A model generated the notes under the pieces. It had not been told where the DNA came from. It saw only the letters and a program-made list of their open reading frames with translations, and did no database searches. A program made the position numbers and the translations under genes. Positions 32,097 to 44,920 of a stretch of 64,000 nt of DNA are shown one piece after another. The DNA lies in contig CATNEN010000002.1 of the NCBI GenBank assembly GCA_950097015.1, positions 1,488,001 through 1,552,000 of the forward strand, given 5' to 3'. Each line of letters begins with the position of its first letter. The stretch's first letter is position 1. Source of the DNA: Macrostomum hystrix. Taxonomy: Eukaryota; Animalia; Platyhelminthes.

Positions 32097-35000
32097 GCTG
32101 GCAAGTCTGCCCGTACTGTGAAAGTGGCCAAGAGGCGCAAGGAGCAGGAGGAGGTCACCACCGAGACTCTGCCGTCGCCGACTCAGGAAGAACCGAAGGA
32201 AGAAGTTGTGCAGGTGCGAGCCATTTTATTCATTTGTACGATCGAAACGGCTTGATAGAAGTACATTGGGATAAAATATAATCATTAATTGAGATAAACG
32301 GTGGGACTGTGTAATGAAGGTTGGAACTGTGTAATGAAGGTTGGAACTGTGTAATGAAGGTTGGAACTGTGTAATGAAGGGTGGAACTGTGTAATGAAGG
32401 TTGGAACTGTGTAATGAAGGTTGGAACTGTGTAATGAAGGTTGGAACTGTGTAATGAAGGTTGGAACTGTGTAATGAAGGGTGGAACTGTGTAATGAAGG
32501 GTGGAACTGTGTAATGAAGGTTGGAACTGTGTAATGAAGGGTGGAACTGTGTAATGAAGGGTGGAACTGTGTAATGATGGTTGGAACTGTGTAATGAAGG
32601 GTGGAACTGTGTAATGAAGGTTGGAACTGTGTAATGAAGGGTGGAACTGTGTAATGAAGGGTGGAACTGTGTAATGAAGGTTGGAACTGTGTAATGAAGG
32701 TTGGAACTGTGTAATGAAGGGTGGAACTGTGTAATGAAGGTTGGAACTGTGTAATGAAGGTTGGAACTGTGTAATGAAGGTTGGAACTGTGTAATGAAGG
32801 TTGGAACTGTGTAATGAAAGGAGGAACTATGTAATGAAGGTTGGAACTGTGTAATGAAGGGTGAGACTGTGTAATGAAGGGTAAGAGTGTGTAATGAAGG
32901 GTGAGACTGTGTAATGAAGGGTAAGAGTGTACAATGAAGGGTGAGAGTGTGCAATGAAGGATGAGACTGGGATGAAGGGTGAGGCCGGGATGAAGGGTGA
33001 CTATAAAGGAAGGGCGAACAATTTAAATCACGGCATTTGAACTCCCGAATCCCAAAATAATCCCAATCCCTAAGCTCACATAAAATCGAACCCTCTGGCT
33101 TTAACCAGGCCGCCTCGGTGGCACCGGTGAGCGCCGCAACCGTCGCCGCCCCGGCCGACGAGCCGCCGACGACGTCAGCGCCGCCGAAAGCGCGTGTCCG
33201 CAACCAGCCAATCAGCTCCAGCGGGCTGATGCACTTCAGCCGAGCCAGAATGTTCCAGCGGAAGGCTCTCTACCGACTAGTCAAGAAGTCAGCCGGCGCT
33301 AAAAAGTCCACATCCGGTAAATCGACTCCGAAGGCCGCCGGCGCCGCTGCCAAGACTGCGCAGAAGCCGATTGGCGGCGAGAAGAACGGCGGCTCCCGCC
33401 TGGTGCCGCGTTCTCGCCAACCTCGCAGCCTGCCGACCGAGGCTTCTCCGACAATCCGACGACGTCGGCCGAATCGCAGCTTCTCCCAGCAGCGTCGACG
33501 CCTGAGGGCGTCCATCAGGCCAGGCGGTGTGCTCATTCTGCTGGCCGGCAGGCACCGCGGCAAGCGGGTGGTGTTCCTGCGGCAGCTGGAGAGCGGTCTA
33601 CTACTGGTCACTGGCCCGCTGCGCGCCAACGGCTGTCCGCTTAGGCGAGTCAGCCAGAGTCACGTGATTGCCACCGCCACCCGACTGGAGCTGGAAGACC
33701 TTCACCTGCCGGACAGGATCAACGATCTCTACTTTAGACGGTTCGTGCTTCTCAGTGTGGACTCACATCCCAATGGACTCACATCCCAATGGACTCACAT
33801 CCCAATGGACTCACATCCCAATGGACTCACATCCCAATGGACTCACATCCCAATGGACTCACATCCCAATGGACTCACATCCCAATGGACTCACATCCCA
33901 ATGGACTCACATCCCAATGGACTCACATCCCAATGGACTCACATCCCAATGGACTCACATCCCAATGGACTCACATCCCAATGGACTCACATCCCAATGG
34001 ACTCACATCCCAATGGACTCACATCCCAATGGACTCACATCCCAATGGACTCACATCCCAATGGACTCACATCCCAATGGACTCACATCCCAATGGACTC
34101 ACATCCCAATGGACTCACATCCCAATGGACTCACATCCCAATGGACTCACATCCCAATGGACTCACATCCCAATGGACTCACATCCCAATGGACTCACAT
34201 CCCAATGGACTCACATCCCAATGGACTCACATCCCAATGGACTCACATCCCAATGGACTCACATCCCAATGGACTCACATCCCAATGGACTCACATCCCA
34301 ATGGACTCACATCCCAATGGACTCACATCCCAATGGACTCACATCCCAATGGACTCACATCCCAATGGACTCACATCCCAATGGACTCACATCCCAATGG
34401 ACTCACATCCCAATGGACTCACATCCCAATGGACTCACATCCCAATGGACTCACATCCCAATGGACTCACATCCCAATGGACTCACATCCCAATGGACTC
34501 ACATCCCAATGGACTCACATCCCAATGGACTCACATCCCAATGGACTCACATCCCAATGGACTCACATCCCAATGGACTCACATCCCAATGGACTCACAT
34601 CCCAATGGACTCACATCCCAATGGACTCACATCCCAATGGACTCACATCCCAATGGACTCACATCCCAATGGACTCACATCCCAATGGACTCACATCCCA
34701 ATGGACTCACATCCCAATGGACTCACATCCCAATGGACTCACATCCCAATGGACTCACATCCCAATGGACTCACATCCCAATGGACTCACATCCCAATGG
34801 ACTCACATCCCAATGGACTCACATCCCAATGGACTCACATCCCAATGGACTCACATCCCAATGGACTCACATCCCAATGGACTCACATCCCAATGGACTC
34901 ACATCCCAATGGACTCACATCCCAATGGACTCACATCCCAATGGACTCACATCCCAATGGACTCACATCCCAATGGACTCACATCCCAATGGACTCACAT

Positions 35001-35497
35001 CCCAATGGACTCACATCCCAATGGACTCACATCCCAATGGACTCACATCCCAATAGACTCACATCCCAATGGACTCACATCCCAATGGACTCACATCCCA
35101 ATGGACTCACATCCCAATGGACTCACATCCCAATGGACTCACATCCCAATGGACTCACATCCCAATGGACTCACATCCCAATGGACTCACATCCCAATGG
35201 ACTCCCTGACAATCCCGCACTCCTGACTCATTCCCATTCTGGTTTCCCAAATGCAGCAGTCGGCAGCAGTTAGCCAAGAAGCGAAGTGCTGAACGCGAGG
35301 CTGCAGATCCATTCGCCCAACATCGAGCTGTCTATCAGTTAAGCCAGGAGCGTCGCGAAGATCAGAAACTGGTTGACAGCCAGGTGATGACGGCTGTCAG
35401 GAAGCTGGGCAACCCGGAGAGCAAGCTGATGTTTGAATATCTCGGCAGCCAGTTCTCGCTCAAAAGTGGACAAAAGCCGCACGAAATGCTCTTCTGA
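32097..35497 (+). CDS. RPL6: Divergent 60S ribosomal protein eL6 with N-terminal extension; no ATG in the first identified exon
   Basis: Exons 32097-32213, 33109-33740 and 35257-35497 (990 nt, in phase). Motifs: [72 protein letters not shown], and terminal KPHEMLF*. Confidence 0.92.
32300..33000. repeat. 20-bp minisatellite (ggttggaactgtgtaatgaa) in RPL6 intron
   Basis: About 33 copies, degenerating toward the 3' side. Confidence 0.95.
33759..35198. repeat. Near-perfect 16-bp minisatellite (ggactcacatcccaat) x90 in RPL6 intron
   Basis: 1440 bp; only one visible variant (G>A at 35055). Confidence 0.97.
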
Positions 35498-35699
35498 GCA
35501 CTGAGATTTTTTAGATCTATTTGAAATTTTGCGAAAAACTGCTTAACTGAGCTGGCTTTCTTGGCAAAGTTGATTTTGGCAAATAAACTGCGAAACATTG
35601 ACGCTCCTCGTACGATAGCTGAGTGTGCGGACTTGGAATTGGAATCTGGGTTCTGTGTTAATCAGGCAACTTTGGAGCGTTAAAGTGAGTCAAGGAGGG

Positions 35700-36115
35700 T
35701 TGCTGGATGTTGAGGGAGGTTGACGGAGGTTGAGGGAGGTTGAGGGAGGTTGAGGGAGGTTGAGGGAGGTTGAGGCAGGTTGAGGGAGGTTGACGGAGGT
35801 TGAGGGAGGTTGAGGGAGGTTGAGGGAGGTTGACGGAGGTTGAGGGAGGTTGAGGGAGGTTGACGGAGGTTGAGGGAGGTTGACGGAGGTTGAGGGAGGT
35901 TGAGGCAGGTTGAGGGAGGTTGAGGGAGGTTGACGGAGGTTGAGGGAGGTTGACGGAGGTTGAGGGAGGTTGACGGAGGTTGAGGGAGGTTGAGGGCCGT
36001 TGAAGTAGGTTGAAGGAGGTTGAGGGAGGTTGAAGGAGGTTGAGGGAGGTTGAGGGAGGTTGAAGGAGGTTGAGGGAGGTTGAAGGAGGTTGAGGGAGGT
36101 TGAGGGAGGTTGGAG
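35700..36115. repeat. 10-bp G-rich repeat (ttgagggagg)
   Basis: About 40 copies, intergenic. Confidence 0.95.
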
Positions 36116-36749
36116 GTCTAGGTTGGAGGTCTATAAAACATTATTTATCTACAATAGAAGCTTTGGTGTGCTCAGAATCAAGCCTGTAAAACCGTGGCAC
36201 AGAAACTTTTGCACTTTATTTGCTGCTTATTAAGTTCTAAAAAGTCAGCTGACGACATTTAACCCAAGTGCGAAATTTTCTAATATAGTTTCTCAAGCCA
36301 TTCTAAAGCAAACAAACAAATTTTAGCAGCTTTTGTGCTATGAGTTGAGAGAGAAATGTACAATTCTATTATTAGCAATGTTAGCAATATTAGCAATGTC
36401 TAATATTAGCAATGTCGTCCTCAGCTGTCACGAGCTGCTGCATTGTTGAGCACAGTACCATAGCCTTGGCTAGATGGGGCAGTCCCACTCCTCACCGGCC
36501 TTAGAGGTTCGTACACACCAACTCAAGCATCTCCTCAGCCCCACCCAGGCAGTGTGCTCAGTTCTTTACCCCTATTGCGCCTACCGCCTCTCACTATTCT
36601 TCACTACTCACACGGTGGTTGCCTAGCAACGAATGAACGGCCAAACAAAACACACAACGGCGCACAATACAGGGCACAAATACTGCGCCTCAACCTAAAA
36701 ATTTTCTGCGTGACGTTGAGCTCTTTTCGCATCTCAATCTAACTTCGTC

Positions 36750-39700
36750 ATGGCGAGGATTAACCCAGCATTCGCTCAGCATCAGCAGCAGCCAGAAAAC
36801 TGGATGCCGCGACCCGGCGGCGGTGGCAACTGCCCGCCCGGCTTGGAGTACTTGAGCCAGCTGGACCAGCTGTTGGTCAAGCAGAAGAAGGAGATGTTCG
36901 AGAGTGAGTACAACCATTCAAGGTCTTTGTCTAACATGTCTAACAGCAGTGTCTAAGAGGTACCAGTGACTAACAGAGACCTGCAGTGTCTAACAGGTGC
37001 GAGTATCTAGATTAAGGCACCAGTGTCAGGTATCAGGTATCAGTGTCTAACAGGTAGCAGTTTCTATCAGGTAGCAGTGTCTAACAGGTGTCTAACGGGT
37101 AGCAGTGTCTAACAGGTGTCTAACAGGTAGCAGTGTCTAACAGGTAGCAGTGTCTAACAGGTGTCTTACAGGTAGCAGTGTCTAACAGGTAGCAGTGTCT
37201 AACAGGTGTCTAACAGGTAGCAGTGTCTAACAGGTAGCAGTGTCTAACAGGTAGCAGTGTCTAACAGGTAGCAGTGTCTAACAGGTGTCTAACAGGTAGC
37301 AGTGTCTAACAGGTGTCTTACAGGTAGCAGTGTCTAACAGGTAGCAGTGTCTAACAGGTGTCTAACAGGTAGCAGTGTCTAACAGGTAGCAGTGTCTAAC
37401 AGGTGTCTAACAGGTAGCAGTGTCTAACAGGTGTCTAACAGGTAGCAGTGTCTAACAAGTGTCTAACAGGTAGCAGTGTCTAACAGGTAGCAGTGTCTAA
37501 CAGGTAGCAGTGTCTAACAGGTAGCAGTGTCTAACAGGTAGCAGTGTCTAACAGGTAGCAGTGTCTAACAGGTAGCAGTGTCTAACAGGTAGCAGTGTCT
37601 AACAGGTAGCAGTGTCTAACAGGTAGCAGTGTCTAACAGGTAGCAGTGTCTAACAGGTAGCAGTGTCTAACAGGTAGCAGTGTCTAACAGGTAGCAGTGT
37701 CTAACAGGTAGCAGTGTCTAACAGGTACGAGTATCTAGATTAAGGCACCAGTGTCTAACAGGTAGCAGTGTCTAACAGGTAGCAGTGTCTAACAGGTGTC
37801 TAACAGGTAGCAGTGTCTAACAGGTGTCTTACAGGTAGCAGTGTCTAACAGGTAGCAGTGTCTAACAGGTGTCTAACAGGTAGCAGTGTCTAACAGGTGT
37901 CTAACAGGTAGCAGTGTCTAACAGGTGTCTAACAGGTAGCAGTGTCTAACAGGTGTCTAACAGGTAGCAGTGTCTAACAGGTAGCAGTGTCTAACAGGTA
38001 GCAGTGTCTAACAGGTAGCAGTGTCTAACAGGTAGCAGTGTCTAACAGGTAGCAGTGTCTAACAGGTACGAGTATCTAGATTAAGGCACCAGTGTCTAAC
38101 AGATAGCAGTGTCTAACAGGTAGCAGTGTCTAACAGGTAGCAGTGTCTAACAGGTAGCAGTGTCTAACAGGTAGCAGTGTCTAACAGGTAGCAGTGTCTA
38201 ATAGGTAGCAGTGTCTAACAGGTAGCAGTGTCTAACAGGTAGCAGTGTCTAACAGGTAGCAGTGTCTAACAGGTAGCAGTGTCTAACAGGTAGCAGTGTC
38301 TAACAGGTAGCAGTGTCTAACAGGTAGCAGTGTCTAACAGGTAGCAGTGTCTAACAGGTACGAGTATCTAGATTAAGGCACCAGTGTCTAACAGATAGCA
38401 GTGTCTAACAGGTAGCAGTGTCTAACAGGTGTCTAACAGGTAACAGTGTCTAACAGGTAACAGTGTCTAACAGGTTAATATCCAACGGGTACAAGTCTGT
38501 ATCAAACTGGTACCTGTTTAATTAATAGCGGTTATCGCTTGTAAGCCCGGATACCAATATCTAAAAGTTTTCAAAAGCATGTCCAGCCAGTTAAAGCATG
38601 CGCACAGTTGCTAAGCCCTTGTAAACGCACAGTCCGAAAAGAACAAAATGCTAATATTTGAAGTCAAACAAAAATAATGGACGCCGGCGATTCAACCAAT
38701 TTTTTTCAGTTTTAACCGGCTGGGAGATGAAAAACAAGTACGTAGTCAAGAACACAATGGGACAGCAGATCTATTATGCCAAGGAGCGTAAGTGAATCGA
38801 TTTGTTTAAACAAATTAAATAAGCAAAATGTCTTTTGATTTCATTGACGATTCTCTGATCCATAGCTACGATTCCAGTGCAAATCACGCTGAAATCCCAT
38901 TTGAGACTCTTTGAAATTCCTGGTGGTATTCTAGCTACGATTCCAATCGGTACTCCTGCTGCGATTCCTTTCAGTATTCCTGCTACGATTCCTTTCGGTA
39001 CTCCTGCTACGATTCCTTTCGGTACTCTAGCTACGATTCTATTCGTTGCTCTCGCTACGATTCCATTCGGTACTCTTGCTACGATTCCATTTGGTACTCC
39101 TGCTACGATTCCATTCCGTACTCCTGCTACGATTCCATTCGGTACTCTTGCAACGATTCCTATTGAGACTGTAGCTACAATTCCATTCGTTACTCTTGCT
39201 ACGATTCCATTCGGTATTCTTGCAGCGATTCCAGTTGAGACTGTAGCTACGATTCTATTCGTTACTCTTGCAACGATTCCAGTTTAGACTGTAGCTACGA
39301 TTCCATTCGTTACTCTTGCTACGATTCCATTCGGTACTCTTGCTACGATTCCATTCGGTACTCTTGCTAAGATTCCATTCGGTACTCTTGCTACGATTCC
39401 ATTCGGTATTCTTGCAACGATTCCAGTTTAGACTGTAGCTACGATTCCATTCGTTACTCTTGCTACGATTCCATTCGGTATTCTTGCAACGATTCCAGTT
39501 TAGACTGTAGCTACGATTCCATTCGTTACTCTTGCTACGATTCCATTCGTTACTCTTGCTACGATTCCATTCGGTACTCTTGCTAAGATTCCATTCGGTA
39601 CTCTTGCTTCGATTCCATTCGGTATTCTTGCAACGATTCCAGTTTAGACTGTAGCTACGATTCCATTCGTTACTCTTGCTACGATTCCATTCGTTACTCT

Positions 39701-42252
39701 TGCTACGATTCCATTCGGTACTCTTGCTACCATTCCATTCGTTACTCTTGCTACGATTCCATTCGGTATTCTTGCAACGATTCCAGTTTAGACTGTAGCT
39801 ACGATTCCATTCGTTACTCTTGCTACGATTCCATTCGTTACTCTTGCTACGATTCCATTCGGTACTCTTGCTACGATTCCATTCGTTACTCTTGCTACGA
39901 TTCCATTCGTTACTCTTGCTACGATTCCATTCGGTACTCTTGCTACGATTCCATTTGTTACTCTTGCTACGATTCCATTCGGTATTCTTGCAACGATTCC
40001 AGTTTAGACTGTAGCTACGATTCCATTCGTTACTCTTGCTACGATTCCATTCGTTACTCTTGCTACGATTCCATTCGTTACTCTTGCTACGATTCCATTC
40101 GGTACTCTTGCTACGATTCCATTTGTTACTCTTGCTACGATTCCATTCGGTACTCTTGCTACGATTCCAGTTGAGACTGTAGCTACGATTCCATTTGGTA
40201 CTCTTGCTACGATTCCATTCGTTACTCTTGCTACGATTCCATTCGTTACTCTTGCTACGATTCCATTCGGTACTCTTGCTACGATTCCATTTGTTACTCT
40301 TGCTACGATTCCATTCGGTATTCTTGCAACGATTCCAGTTGAGACTGTAGCTACGATTCCATTCGTTACTCTTGCTACGATTCCATTCGGTACTCTTGCT
40401 ACGATTCCAGTTGAGACTGTAGCTACGATTCCATTTGGTACTCTTGCTACGATTCCAGTTGAGACTGTAGCTACGATTCCATTTGGTACTCTTGCTACGA
40501 TTTCAGTTGAGACTGTAGCTACGATTCCATTCGTTACTCTTGCTACGATTCCATTCGGTACTCTTGCTACGATTCCACTTGAGACTGTAGCTACGATTCC
40601 ATTTGGTACTCTTGCTACGATTCCAGTTGAGACTGTAGCTACGATTCCATTCGTTACTCTTGCTACGATTCCATTCGGTACTCTTGCTACGATTCCAGTT
40701 GAGACTGTAGCTACGATTCCATTTGGTACTCTTGCTACGATTCCAGTTGAGACTGTAGCTACGATTCCATTTGGTACTCTTGCTACGATTCCAGTTGAGA
40801 CTGTAGCTACGATTCCATTTGGTACTCTTGCTACGATTCCAGTTGAGACTGTAGCTACGATTCCATTCGTTACTCTTGCTACGATTCCATTCGGTACTCT
40901 TGCTACGATTTCAGTTGAGACTGTAGCTACGATTCCATTCGTTACTCTTGCTACGATTCCATTTGGTACTCTTGCTACGATTCCAGTTGAGACTGTAGCT
41001 ACGATTCCATTTGGTACTCTTGCTACGATTCCAGTTGAGACTGTAGCTACGATTCCACTCTAGCTGCGATTCTACGATAGCAACTAATTAATTTTAACCG
41101 CAGACTCTGACAATTGTCAGCGCCAGTGCTGTGGCAATCAGCGAGCATTCGAAATGACTTTGGAGGACAACACTGGCCAGGAGGTCATCCACATCAGCCG
41201 GCCCTATCGTTGCATGTTCTATGGCCAGTGCTTCTCATGCTCGAAGTGCTGCTTCGACACCGTGGCAGTCGAGGCGCCACCGGGTCGCTTAGCCGGCAAG
41301 GTGAAACAGATATATGGAGGCTGCCAGGCCAAGTACAAAATCGAGGACAAGGACGGCCACACGGTCCTGTACATCGACGGGCCGAGCTACTTCAAGTGCT
41401 ATTGTCCCGGGGACGACATTCCGTTCAAGGTGGGTCGGGATGCTGATGGGTCAAGCGTCAATTAAGATGGGTCAAGCCTCATAAATGATCACGAAACGGT
41501 TTTAGCTGATGACGAAGGACCGTGAGCACGAGATCGGGCGGGTGTCCAAGCAGTGGTCCAACCTCGTGCAGGAGTATTTCACTGATGCCGACAACTTTGG
41601 CATCACATTTCCGCTGGATCTGCACCTGGATGCTAAGGCAACAATTCTTGGAGCATGCTTCTTGATTGTGAGTTGATTCGCAATGCTTTGACTTACTAGA
41701 ATTAATACTTCCCTCGGGTATAGTTCGATTTTCTGGAGAACTAACAATGGATTGCAAAATTGTAGAGAACAGTTGCTATAAGGTTATCTACGAGCTAAAA
41801 TTATAAAACTATTTTAGAAATAGTGACTGTTTTTAGAATGTCCAAGTTTTCACATTTTTTTAATATGATTTTATTATTGAATTTGTCCCAATCAGTATAT
41901 GTTTTGTCTGCTCACCAATTAGAAATCCTAAAATATCAAAAATCTTAAAGTTATTCCAGTGATCCTAATTGCTGTTTCAGAAACTTAAAAGATTCCCAAT
42001 CAAAAGGTTATTACAATTCGTTGTTGATGTTGTCGAATAACAATATCCCATTATCCCAAATCCCAAAAGTATCCCAAGCATAGCAGTTGGCTGTATAATA
42101 ATCCACATGTCTTTCAATACTAATCCTGAAAAAGTCCAATTAATTTTTTTGTCTAGGATCATACCCAGTGTCATGATAAAACTTTCGAATTTCTTCAATT
42201 ATCCAAACAGGACTTCATGTTCTTTGAGCGATCCGGTCGACGAAGAAACTAA
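36750..42252 (+). CDS. PLSCR: Phospholipid scramblase (PLSCR family), 5 exons, 253 aa
   Basis: Exons 36750-36903, 38710-38787, 41104-41429, 41506-41667 and 42211-42252 (762 nt). Motifs: [74 protein letters not shown]. Confidence 0.95.
37030..38475. repeat. 17-bp/10-bp composite minisatellite (gtctaacaggtagcagt) in scramblase intron 1
   Basis: Tandem units with a recurring gtacgagtatctagattaaggcacca interruption. Confidence 0.95.
38860..41075. repeat. 24-bp minisatellite (gctacgattccattcgttactctt) filling scramblase intron 2
   Basis: About 90 copies with variant subunits. Confidence 0.95.
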
Positions 42253-43162
42253 TATCGACGCAAGGTGCTGTGGCGTAGCTTCCAGTCGAAATCCAGCTTT
42301 ACAAATTTGATAAATTCTTTTAAATTCTTTTAATTCGTTTAAACAACTGATATTATTTGACTCGTTTTTAATAATTTAAGAAAAAACTGAATATCGTAGC
42401 TTTTTGTTTAAAATTGAAATAAAGTTAACCGTTTATGTTTTCCAAGATAAATATTGTTTTATTTGTCAAATTTTAAATGAATTTTAAAGTGCAAACGCAA
42501 ATGTTCAAGTCTGTTATTAATGTATCGTTTAAAATATCTTATTTTTTAGCGTATTAGTAGAATTTAGAGGATTATACATTATTTTAAACAAATAATTATA
42601 CTGTAATATAATAATTATATTAGCAATTTGAAAAATGTAATTTATTGATAAAATTATATTGCTATTTTTATATATATTAAAATATCTTAATGCAAATAAA
42701 CCCTCAACTTAAAGACTGATTTGATTTTAACTTGTTAAAAGTGTTATTAAGCACATTTAACCACGGGTCGCGAAATACTTTATTTTACATATACTTTATC
42801 TCTAAGATTTGTCGGCATGGATTTAAGTATATATATAATATAGGAGTGCGATGAGACAGAAGAGATGAGACAGGCTAGGGAAGAGATGAGACAGGAGAGA
42901 GATGAGAGAAGGTAGAGATTAGACAGGGGAAGATTGGGGGAGGTTAAGGGAGGTGAAGGTGATTAGTTATGATGTAGGGTGTTTCACGTTTGTTTTGCTC
43001 GACATAATGACACTTTGTTAACACCATGCATGACTTCCTTGACGCGTCTGACACAGTATCCCAGCTTGACGTCTAGAACAGTTTATTTATGCGAGACACA
43101 GACAGAGAGAAAAAGTCTAGCGCCGAGTCAAATAGTTTGGCCTGTTAGCAGAGAGCGGGATT

Positions 43163-43486
43163 CTACAAAGCGTCACTGCCAGGTGCAATTTCAACCGGCA
43201 TCGGCTCCTCGGCCTTCTGACGAACCCCGGCGCAGAAGTCGGACCAGGCCTGGTCTGTAAGATCGTGCGGGCACATGGCCATTGTGCAGCTGTCTAGCTG
43301 GCCGTCCTGGCTGCACTGGCAGGTGTTGCAGCCGTCGGGAGAGAACGAGAAGCCGCCGTGTCCCGACTGCTTGCAGTAGGCAGCCGGGTCAAAGCACGGC
43401 TCCTCGTGTACGCGACCGGCCACCAGCGTCAGGGCGAATGTCGCCAGGAGGAGAACGGCAAGCGATAGACTGCGTATTGGCAGCAT
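43163..43486 (-). CDS. Small secreted Cys-rich protein with a pacifastin-like (I19) inhibitor motif, 107 aa
   Basis: ATG at 43486 directly after a tacag acceptor. Hydrophobic signal peptide MLPIRSLSLAVLLLATFALTLVAG, followed by C...CNTCQCSQDGQLDSCTMAMC. Confidence 0.7.
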   Translation of the reverse strand: MLPIRSLSLAVLLLATFALTLVAGRVHEEPCFDPAAYCKQSGHGGFSFSPDGCNTCQCSQDGQLDSCTMAMCPHDLTDQAWSDFCAGVRQKAEEPMPVEIAPGSDAL

Positions 43487-43499
43487 CCTGTAATCGAGG

Positions 43500-44920
43500 A
43501 TTAGACCTAGATAGTTTATAGTCTTGAATGTTGATAGATCTAAAGCTAGAGATTGTGTAATGATTTCGATTGTTGATAGATCAAAACCTAGGGATTGTTT
43601 AATGATCAAGATTGTTGATAGATCAAAACCTACGGATTGTTTAATGATCAAGATTGTTGATAGATCTAAACCTAGAAATCGTTTAATGATCAAGATTGTT
43701 GATAGATCTAAACCTAGACATCGTTTAATGATCAAGATTGTTGATAGATCTAAACCTAGACATCGTTTAATGATCAAGATTGTTGATAGATCTAAACCTA
43801 GACATCGTTTAATGATCAAGATTGTTGATAGATCTAAACCTAGACATCGTTTAATGATCAAGATTGTTGATAGATCTAAACCTAGACATCGTTTAATGAT
43901 CAAGATTGTTGATAGATCTAAACCTAGGGATTGTGTAATGGTCTAGATTGATGAGGGATCAAAACCTAGGGATTGTGTAATGGTCTAGATTGATGAGAGA
44001 TCAAAACCTAGGGATTGTGTAATGGTCTAGATTGATGAGAGATCAAAACCTAAAGATTGTGTAATGGTCTAGATTGATGAGAGATCAAAACCTAGGGATT
44101 GTGTAATGGTCTAGATTGATGAGAGATCAAAACCTAGGGATTGTGTAATGGTCTAGATTGATGAGGGATCAAAACCTAGGGATTGTGTAATGGTCTAGAT
44201 TGATGAGAGATCAAAACCTAGGGATTGTGTAATGGTCTAGATTGATGAGAGATCAAAACCTAGGGATTGTGCAATGGTCTAGATTGATGAGAGATCAAAA
44301 CCTAGGGATTGTGTAATGGTCTAGATTGATGAGAGATCAAAACCTAGGGATTGTGTAATGGTCTAGATTGATGAGAGATCAAAACCTAGGGATTGTGTAA
44401 TGGTCTAGATTGATGAGAGATCAAAACCTAGGGATTGTGTAATGGTCTAGATTGATGAGAGATCAAAACCTAGGGATTGTGTAATGGTCTAGATTGATGA
44501 GAGATCAAAACCTAGGGATTGTGTAATGGTCTAGATTGATGAGAGATCAAAACCTAGGGATTGTGTAATGGTCTAGATTGATGAGAGATCAAAACCTAGG
44601 GATTGTGTAATGGTCTAGATTGATGAGACATCAAAACCTAGGGATTGTGTAATGGTCTAGATTGATGAGAGATCAAAACCTAGGGATTGTGTAATGGTCT
44701 AGATTGATGAGAGATCAAAACCTAGGGATTGTGTAATGGTCTAGATTGATGAGAGATCAAAACCTAGGGATTGTGTAATGGTCTAGATTGATGAGAGATC
44801 AAAACCTAGGGATTGTGTAATGGTCTAGATTGATGAGAGATCAAAACCTAGAGATTGTGTAATGATCTAGATTGATGAGAGATCAAAACCTAGGGATTGT
44901 GTAATGGTCTAGATTGTTGA
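43500..44920. repeat. 42-bp minisatellite with two variant domains
   Basis: The unit type switches near 43920 (ttgatagatctaaacctagacatcgtttaatgatcaagattg to gatcaaaacctagggattgtgtaatggtctagattgatgaga). Confidence 0.95.

Noticed and set aside
33741-35256. 702-, 462- and 494-aa ORFs with ([16 protein letters not shown])n
   Set aside because: Read-through into an intronic 16-bp array. Proper splice sites at 33741 and 35256 restore the eL6 C-terminus.
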